A stretch of DNA of 61,858 bases, filler included, from Jimgerdemannia flammicorona (lineage: Eukaryota): the NCBI GenBank assembly GCA_003990765.1. It is 2 parts of 2 records of this genome, joined end to end, with 100 filler letters (N's around TTAATTAATTAA, not from the genome) between each part and the next. Parts side by side here need not be neighbours in the genome. Positions count along the whole stretch, not along the records: positions 30,982 to 61,858 come from RBNJ01000421.1; 1 more part is not named here. One strand, 5' to 3'. Of the stretch, positions 53,143-61,858 are shown one piece after another. The position numbers and the translations under genes are program-made. Position 1 is the first letter of the stretch. Each line of letters opens with the position of its first letter. The notes under the pieces were generated by a model. It was not told the origin of the DNA and ran no database searches. It worked only from the letters and a program-made list of their open reading frames with translations.

Positions 53143-54627
53143 TGGGGGTTGGGTGTATTAGTGCCAACAGTGTGGGAAGTATCTGAAGAGGAAGCCTCAG
53201 CTTCCAAATCTATCACTATCTTCCTGATTATGACCACAGTACCATCTGCCTTCAAAGTAGGGCCAGCCAACAGGGGGGCAAGGGAGGGGAGGGTGAGGCT
53301 GAGTTCTGTGATCCATGCCTCATAGAAGGTCTGCACCTCAGGCCTCTTTGAAGTGGTATTGCCAGTCAACTGCTGGACTTGAGCATTGGAGGATTGGAGT
53401 ACCCATGCTTTCACAGCCTCTGTGGCATTCTTGTTACATGAGAGCATAGGGTCTCAGACCAAAAGCACTGAGAACCTGAGTACTATTATCTTCTTTTGAA
53501 ATGCCATGATATAATCAGGGTGTAAAAGGAATTTGATAGTCGATACCAAGACATATGACATGTTAAGAACGTTTGACAATATTACATAAACATCATATAA
53601 GTTCTTTTGGATCTGCCCAATCTTGAGATGAGTGAATCCATAGATGTAAATATACTGCATTCTGGTACCTCTCTTAGTTGGTGACAAATGAGAGGTTGGC
53701 TTGTGGGTCATATGTAAAAGAGTGGCAGCAGCAGTAGCCCATTCTGTCTCAGTAAAGGCCTGGATCTTATCTTTGATGGAAATCTTCTTAATGGTAGAGA
53801 TATACAATTTGGATGGGGCAGGGGTTGAAGCAGGGAATGAAGATAGATCAGTGGCACTACATCCCATAGGTGTAATCTAGGCCACTAGCCTGAGGGCTTT
53901 GGCCTTGCTCTTTTTAGGGGTCACAGCTTTAGTGGCCAGAGGTACAGCCATGGGAGTTGCCTCCTTTGACAGTGCACCAGACTGCAATGTAGTGGCTTTA
54001 ACAGCCTACTTATCTGCTCTCTTCTGGGCTTTGACCATATGTTCATAGTAGAACTAGTAGGAGGAGAAACTGAGGACTTGGGGAGAGCAGATGTAGAAGA
54101 GGTGGCAGGGTAATTTCTGAAGAAGCACTAAATAATGAGGGGGCAGTAGATACTGATTGTACAGTAAGCTGGGACATTAGCTAAATATTGATCTTGATCA
54201 GATTGATAACTTAAGTTAGCAGATCTGAGTTCTGCTTCCTCATTGCAGTCATCTCTATAACCATATTGGGGTCAGCTGAGGGGCCTACATAACTAGCAGT
54301 TAGAGTCATTCCCAAATAAGTGTTAGGGTAAACATACTTATTCTGATTGAGGATTGGGAATATGGAAGAGAAGGGCAGGTACTGGGTATCATGGTGTGAA
54401 TTAGAAGAAATTGCAATCTTTTTATCATCTTCTGCATTATACAGAGAAGATAAATATACTGATATTGATTGTGTATCCCTGCATAACCTGCACATCACTA
54501 TAAGGCTATTCTCATCAAAACTAAGGGAAAGAAGACTGATGCTGTGACATTCAGTGCAGTGAAGAGAGGTGCCAAAAGGTGGGTGGCATTGCCATCATTA
54601 CTGACAATGGAAGAGGTGGCTAATATT
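53139..54627 (-). pseudogene. copy B ORF1 (gag-like position; stop overlaps ORF2 start as ATGA)
   Basis: Block IYIYGF..L.IGQI.KNLYDVY.ILS.VLN.SYV..STI.FLL.PDY..AFQKK..LGFSVLLAWDP conserved in all three copies. TGA 53141-53139 overlaps ATG 53142-53140. Start uncertain. Confidence 0.7.
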
Positions 54628-54839
54628 GCCAGAATAGGTAAAGGTATATTTGTGGGTATTTTAGAAATTGTAAAATACAATTTATATGACCTTTGTTTGT
54701 ATAATTAAAAAATAATGAGGAAGAGGGATATTTATACACAATGAGAAGCTTAGCTAATCAAAGTGACTACTTTCTTAATTTGGAATAGCTTCTGGCTGTA
54801 AATCCAAGTGTAGCCAAATGGGAAAATCACTTAACTGGC

Positions 54840-54855
54840 TTAGGTTAGGGTTAGG
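54840..54855 (+). repeat. telomeric-repeat tract TTAGGTTAGGGTTAGG at the B/C junction
   Basis: Read directly; again followed by CTTCAAGTAAG. Confidence 0.93.
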
Positions 54856-57800
54856 CTTCAAGTAAGAATTTATTCATTGTAGAGAAGAAAGATTCATTAC
54901 AGCAATAAATGGCAAAGACTCCTAAGATGAGAAATGTAAAAAGAGGCCAGCAAAGTAAACCACTAGCTAAGAAGAACAAAACAAAGGCCAGAGAGGTAAC
55001 TATACTGGATAAAACCATTGTGTTATGGCCATAAAGATAATAAATACAAAAGCAAAAAGGAGAAGAGCTAAGATATAATACTCAAATGCCAGACACCAAC
55101 TATAGGAACAATATTGACACCCAAACTCCAAACAGCTGATATGAGATATATAACTCAACTCTCAACAACAAGAGAACCAATCAAGATGAATGAGGGAAAA
55201 GAAGGAGATAAAGAAAATGTACAATCACTCAATCAATCAAGTATCTTCATAATCTCAGTCAGGCAAAACCCAACTATGAGGTGGCCACCAGAATTATACA
55301 TAGTATTGATAAAATAGTAGACTGTCTCATGAAGAGTAAAAGAGAGTAGGCACAAAGTTCTTCCTACCATTCATCAATAGTAAACCAATTGAGCTATTCA
55401 TGTCAGTTAGAATTACCTCAGAGAGTGGAATAAGAACCATCATGAAGACTGCACCTATAGAGAAGGCCACAATGAAACTTATATCTACAGAGGTAGGGGC
55501 AGGATTGACCAAAGTAGCTATAATACCAGGCAAGAGTAGAGCGCACAAGTAGGGGGAGGAAGGAAAGGATATATTTGGCACTCTGAGACCTAAGACAGCC
55601 CTTGGGAGTAATGTATTAAATAAGAGCCTATGAGGAGGAAGTCCATTCCTAGAGCAGCTGATCCTGAAGAAATGACTGGAGGAAGGAGTGGAGCAAGCAA
55701 GTCTTGCAGATCTAAGAATGAAGGTCCCAGTACTATTCAAGAAAGTTAAGCCAGGAGTTCAAATGTCAGAACCTGTCAATAATAGAACCTGGAGGATGTG
55801 TGACAAAGTGCTCACTAAGAGCACTGATAGCATTGTTATAGACTTACTATATCAATCCTGATAGGCTTGGAACATACAGCAGAGGTCCAATATATGATGA
55901 AGGAAGAAAAGGAGACCAAGAATCAAACTACCAAGCAAGAGATGGCTAGAAAAACTGACTGCTCAAGTAATAGCGTCATCAAAGACCTACTCTGGATACT
56001 TCAATACCTGAAGTCTCTTGATAGTAGCTGGATAGGAAGCTTATGGAAAGAGAAGACCATATTTCAGCTGAGGCTTAATGAAGATATGTATGATGGCCAG
56101 CTTAACCATTAGTGTCTAGAGAGGACCATAGGCATGGCAGAATCTTAGAGTTTATTCCATCTTTGTCACATTCTGCAATATCAGGCTGACAAAGTCAAAC
56201 TCTTTATTGATGTATAGCATACCCAGATAAATATAAGAGAGGGATCATAAGCAGAGCTCTCCCCCAATCCATACAGTAGCGGACTGCTACGGGTGCAGAA
56301 CCGCAGCAGTGCAGTGCAGAACCACAGCAGTGTAGAACCGCAGCAGTGCAGTGCAGAACCACAGCAGTGCAGAACCGCAGCAGTGCAGAACTGTGGCAGA
56401 TGCGGACCCGCAGAAGTTTATTAAAACGCACCTGGTTTGGAAAAATTATCATCTCATATTATTCCAAGTGACCAACCATTCGACAGCTTAGCAGTACCCT
56501 AGTATAGTCAGCCAGACCAACATAACTACACTTCTTAGGGTTGAGTTCCATACCATTCACTGAGAGCTAATCTTTACAGAAGTCAACCATCCTCTGCTCT
56601 TCTGTGGTAGTGCAGGGGGTGAGAGCGATATCATTGATAAAGAAAAGTATGAGAGAGAAGTAGTACTCCTTAAACTGCTCATCAAAGTAAGTGGTGAGGT
56701 GGTCAATAAACACATCAAAGAGCCAAGGGGAGAGGAGAGAGCCCTGAAAGAGGCTGTACTCAGTGGGAACCAGAGAGATGGTAAGGTCATTAACAACTAC
56801 CTAATAGGAGCAGTGATTGAATAGACTTTAGATAATACTAAGGAGGGCTGTATCAGCTCCTTGTTCCTCAAGTTAGGAAAGAATAACTTCAGTGGAACTC
56901 CATCATAAGCCTGTCAGAGGTCAAGAAAGACATAGTGGTCCCACTCCTTGGTCCATGTCTCATACAAGAGCAAGATATGGGAAAGGGGTGAGAAGTAGGT
57001 TTGGAAGCCACCTTGGTAGTACAATATTTCTGTCAGGCTACTTTGGCTTTTGATGTAGCCTTCCAAACACTGCTCAAAGAGTCTACAAATCATCTCAGTG
57101 AGAGTGATAGGGCAAAATCCATCAATTGTCCTAGATTCCTCTTTCTTGAGAACTGGAGTAATAATGGCAGAGTTCTAGCAGCAAGGAGTGAGCCCCCAAA
57201 CTATGCACATCTGGAAGAAGAAGGACAAGGCTTTCCTTAGGCTATAGGGGGCATCCTTCTCACCCACCATCACTTGAAGAATCCAGAGGTGTAAGGAGTC
57301 AGCCCAACAGGCCTTTGTGAGAGAGTAGCTGTGGATAGCTCTCTAAACCACAGGTTGGTCAAATTAAGACTGCAACCCAAGAGTACTTATGCTAGGAGGG
57401 AAGATGTCCTCAGAGTCATCAAGGTGAAAGAAGGCATTTGGCTGGCTAAAGATCATAGTAAAATAAGCAGCAGAGGAGGGAGATTGGAGGAGGGTAGAGG
57501 GGGTGGAGCAGTATGCTTGCTTGAAACCATAAATAGTATCAGAGACCGAAGATGTACTGTAAAGAAGGTCCCACTGAGGGAGTGGCACTGCTTCGATTTC
57601 CCTTTTGTCATATGAGCACAGAATGTTCTCACAGATAGACTGTAGACCAGAGATCTAAAGAGAGTCAAGAGAATCCACAAACTGCTACCGATCTTCCACA
57701 GAGCAAAAGCCAGCAATGTGGTCCTAGACAGAGTAAATAGACCTAACAATGGTATTGTAAATAATATCTGCTGATTTCTGAAGGTGAGCTGGACAACTGG

Positions 57801-59712
57801 ATTGGTCAGATATTTTGCAGAGTAGTAGTAAACACTAGCCAAGGCAGTAACTAACAAGAGAGAGAAGGGAAAGGAGATGATAAGAAGAGAGAGGTGGTTA
57901 GTGGTGATAGGAGGAGCGGTGTAGGTGAGAGATGTATGAAGAGATGCAGTAGTGAACATATGGTCAATATGTGTGGATCCAGTCACTAAGTCAGATGATT
58001 AAATAACCACATCATGAAGGAGGTATCAATGATATCCGTTTGATCCTGAGGACCAGAGTTGATATCACTATGGTGGGCATCAAAGTGAATATTGATGTCA
58101 CCAAGCAGAAGGGCCTTACCCAGGAATGGGACAGATATATGATCTTGGAAACCATCAATGGAAAGAGAGTGGGGGGCATAGACCCCAACCAAAGCTAAGT
58201 CCTGGAATATGAGCCAGATATGGAAGGGGTCAGCAGAGGACATGGAAATAAGTTGAGTGAAATAGTTTAATATAAGGACTACAAGACCACCATTTTGGTG
58301 ACCCACAATCCTGTATGATGCCAGAAGAGAAGACATATGAATGAGCAGAGAGGTATGCAGCAAAATTTACTATGTTTTACATATAAAAAGAATATCAAGA
58401 GCAGGACTAATCAACTGACTGAGCACATTGAACTTGTTCTGAGTTAGTCTATATACATTGAGGAACCCTACTCTAATTGGAGGCTGAGTGTGTTAGTACT
58501 AATAGTATGGGAAGCACCTGAAGAGGAAGCTATGGCTTCTAAATCCATTGCCATCTCCCTGGTCATGACCATAATATCTTCTGTCTTTGAAGTAGGGCTG
58601 GTCAATAGAGGGGCAAGAGAGGGGAGGGCAAGGCCAAGTTCTGTATCCTACATCTTGTAGAAGGTCTACACCTCAGGCCTCTTTACAGTGACATTGCCAG
58701 CCAACTGCCAGACCCAGGCACAGAAGGATTGAAGGACCCATGCCTTCACAGCCTCTGTAGTGTTCTTGTTTTGGGAGAGTACAGGGTCCCAGGCTAAGAG
58801 TACTGAGAACCCAAGTACTTTCATCTTCTTTTGGAATGCCATGATATAATCAGGGCACAGCAGAAATTTGATAGTTGATGCTCAGATGTACAATATATTA
58901 AAAACTTTTGACAATATTATATAGACATCATATAAGATCTTCTAGACCTGCCCAATCTTAAGATAGGCAAACCAATCAATATAAATGTACTGTAGCTAGG
59001 CAGCCCTCCCAGTAAGTGACAAATGAGAGGTTGGCTTGTGAGTCATACATGAAAGAGCAGTGGCAGTGGAAGCCCTTTCCATCTCAGAGTAGACCTGGGT
59101 CCTATCTTTAATAGAAATATTCTTAGCAGTAGCAGCATATATTTTGGGTGAGATGAGAGTTGAAGTGGGGGACAAAGATGGACTAGCAGTACTGGGTCTC
59201 ACAGGTATAGCCTGGGGCACTGGCTTGGAGGCCTTGGCCTTGTGGGTACAGCTTTGATAGCTGGGGACACAGCTGTAGGAGTTGCCTCCTTTGGCAGTGT
59301 ACCAGACTGCAATGTGGCAGCTTTAGTGGCCAACTTGTCTGCTTACTTCTGGGCCTTCAACTGCATATTTATAGCAGGACCAGTTGGAAGAAAACCTGAG
59401 GACTTGGGGGGGGCAGATATGGATAGAATAATAGAGATACTCTCCAAAGGAGCACCAGATGATATGGGGGCAATGGGTGCCAATTTCACTGAAGTGCATG
59501 AAGAGATAGGTAGTATTGCCATCATTGCTAACAATGGAGGAGATGGCTGACATTGCCAAAATAGGTGAAGGTATGTTTGTTTGTTTATGTGAAATTGGGA
59601 AACATAGCTCACATGACCTTTGTTTATGCAACAAAAAAATAATAGAGAAGGCAGGTATTTATATCTAATGGGAGGCTTAGCTTATCAAACTGACTGCTTT
59701 CTTAATTTAAAT
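54856..59712 (-). mobile_element. telomeric-junction APE-RT non-LTR element, copy C (about 0.4-kb deletion in ORF1; 5' end truncated)
   Basis: GHQNGGL..GVYAP..LLGDINIHF (ORF 57986-58363), HIDHMF, RT motifs near 56620-56760. 59510-59712 aligns with 54585-54782 of copy B. Confidence 0.88.
56278..56500. mobile_element. 223-bp MITE with 12-bp imperfect TIR and 3-bp TSD (PIF/Harbinger-like), with internal GTGCAGAACC(G/A)CAGCA repeats
   Basis: AGCGGACTGCTA...TAGCAGTACCCT, flanked by AGT (56275-56277, 56501-56503). Absent in copies A and B; CpG retained. Confidence 0.75.
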
Positions 59713-60877
59713 TATCTCTTTCTTCACTACCTTACTGGTCACAATAATTTGATAGGCAATCTTCTAAGTTCACTTTCTATAATTATTACACCCTCTATCA
59801 TGGGTTGGTTTGCTGTACTTGTTGCAAGGCAGTAGGGGAGGCAATAGTGATAAGTTGTCTATTTATTGGTGTCTGATTGGTGTCTTCTCTACTTTTTTAT
59901 GATTCCTGGTACCTTCAGGTATATCTGGAGTATATTCATTTTAGTGTGGCACTTTCTTCCTTTTATCATCATCAACAAGGTGCTGTCTTGGTACATTATG
60001 AGTTATGTAGAGAGTTGGCTAATCTTGGGTATCAAGTGCCCAGTATAGGTTACTTACAGGTTCTCAGTACCTGTGGTGGGGCCCTCTGGCTTTGGCAAGC
60101 TTCCTAGCATATGTAGTTCTGGCATAGGTGACTGTTTTTTGGATGTTGTCGGAATGGGAGTAGAGATGGCCATTATAGATAGGAGGAAGGATGATTATGG
60201 TAGACCAGTAGGGTACTAGGCTGTGGGTGGTCATTGGGACTGATGTAGATGCTGCTTCAGTGTGGCCTTTTAATTGGTGCAGAGTGGTTAGGTAATAGAT
60301 ATCACTCTCAGCTTCTTTTGGTAATTCAGTCAGTTAGGCCCTAGTCATTGGGAGTGGTCAGGGGGCTTGAGGCTATCCATTTCAGGTATCTTGGCTACAC
60401 TCAACTACAACTGGGAGCTGATACAGCAATGTGATCAAGACCTACAGGCTTAAGTAGTGGGGTATTGAGGGTCTCCTCCTGTCTCATGTATAAGTCCTTT
60501 ACTCACCTCAACTGGGAGAACCAGACTCTATCTACTCTAATGTACTTTGATGAGAGTTTTTCTTTACCTGTCATTCTCTTTGGAGTGATAGGGGCTATTC
60601 TATTTAGCTTGGATATAGCCTTTTATATATATTGGAGTTTTGGATATATGCTTTCAGTCATTGGTATATAGCTGGATTCCCCCTGGTTATAGGAAGAGTA
60701 TGATATATAGAATAAGATATAGACTACTATGGGCTCTGCTGCACCTGATATAATTGAGCTGCTAGACAATAGCTAGCCTAGGTTAATAGGGAGGCAGTGC
60801 TTGATGGATGCTCAGGGAGGGTTTTGATCTATATAGTCTAGGTTCCCTTCCAATAAAAATCCACAGAACTTTGAGTC

Positions 60878-60881
<4 letters not shown>

Positions 60882-60954
<73 letters not shown>
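60882..60954 (+). repeat. long poly(A) tract, probable retroelement tail
   Basis: About 72 A with one T; AATAAA at 60852-60857. The upstream sequence is not the LINE A-E terminus. Confidence 0.6.
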
Positions 60955-60957
<3 letters not shown>

Positions 60958-61858
60958 ACTTATTAAGATAAAAGTTTTAGATATTCTGGAAGATCGTTTT
61001 ATTAAGGTCAAGATCAATTTCTTAGAGAGTACATTCTCTATACTTATTGATTTTAAGATTGAGTTGATGTCTCAACCAAAGTCCTTTTTTGGACTAATTC
61101 TAGATAATCAGGATTTTTTATATTTTATAAAGTTCAAGAAACTAAGACCAGCTTAGTTGAATCAGTATATTACTGTAGATAATATCCAATTAGGAAATTT
61201 TGTAATAGGGTTAGGAGTGAGACTTAATGGAGAGCAGATTTACTTAAAAGTAGTTTGTGGGTTATATTTGCTATTCATGATATTACTATAATAGAAATAG
61301 TTATGTGAAGGGATATTGTAAGAAAGGGCTCAGAAGTTATGTTCAGATTGTTCTATATGTTTAAGTCTATTTTTGTCTGAGATTTTAAGGTCTGAGAGAG
61401 GGAGTATTTATATATATTAGTGAGAGGCTATTTGGACTATACTGAATATAGATGTAGCACTTAGTATTATATTGAGTCAGAATACAGTTATATAGTATAA
61501 GTGTGATCTGATATATTAAGAGATTGTCTGACTACTGAGTTAGTTTATAGTCATATTATATGAGGCTAATCTAACTATACTAATAACTGCTTTATCATTA
61601 TTAAATCAGATTATATTATAGATATCTTTTATAGTATATCTGACTTAAAGTATTTGCAGGATATAGTTATCAGGGTATGAGAAAGTTCTGTCTGTAGTTT
61701 GAATATACTTAATATACTTGTAATTGAGTTCTTGTATCATATCATCAATTTGGCCATAGGACAGAGTTATAACCATTTTGATAGTAGTAACTTAGAGGCA
61801 GGAGATAAAGATACTGTACTCATAGAAGAGTTTCTAGTATTTGTAGACAATGAGCTTC

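Larger units (their letters stand above)
49653..54839 (-). mobile_element. telomeric-junction APE-RT non-LTR element, copy B (probably full length, ~5.2 kb)
   Basis: ORF1, ORF2 and a 3' UTR of about 400 bp with AATAAA; bounded on both sides by TTAGGG tracts. Confidence 0.9.

Noticed and set aside
56462..56472. TTCCAAGTGAC inside the small MITE resembling the LINE 3' end
   Set aside because: No poly(A) or TSD; an 11-bp match is plausibly chance.
60955..61858. AT-rich terminal stretch as a gene or defined element
   Set aside because: Stop-saturated, with no ORF or motif I can identify with confidence; probably degraded repeat.

Overview
This is a eukaryotic, most likely fungal, region of nested and decayed transposons with no recognisable host gene. 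Two contigs are joined by an artificial N44-TTAATTAATTAA-N44 linker at 30882-30981. It holds six L1/Tx1-like LINEs (ORF1 plus APE-RT-zinc-finger ORF2); all copies with an intact 3' end share a terminal stem-loop and poly(A), and two have clear TSDs. There are two oppositely oriented copies of a ~6-kb hAT element. Each carries 33-bp subterminal arrays, twin internal fold-backs centred on a (reconstructed) CACGTG palindrome, and a divergent spliced second gene. A second hAT family, its young fold-back MITE, a captured MULE fragment and a small 3-bp-TSD MITE are also present. The strongest candidate for an undescribed system is a head-to-tail array of three APE-RT non-LTR elements (45833-59712, minus strand). 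The two whose 3' ends are visible end in telomeric CCTAACCCTAA instead of poly(A), and the copies are joined by short TTAGGG tracts in a fixed phase, with the polarity of telomere-extending retroelements. Most copies show strong CpG loss and TpG>TpA changes. All calls are from motif reading and pairwise comparison by eye; no database searches were run.
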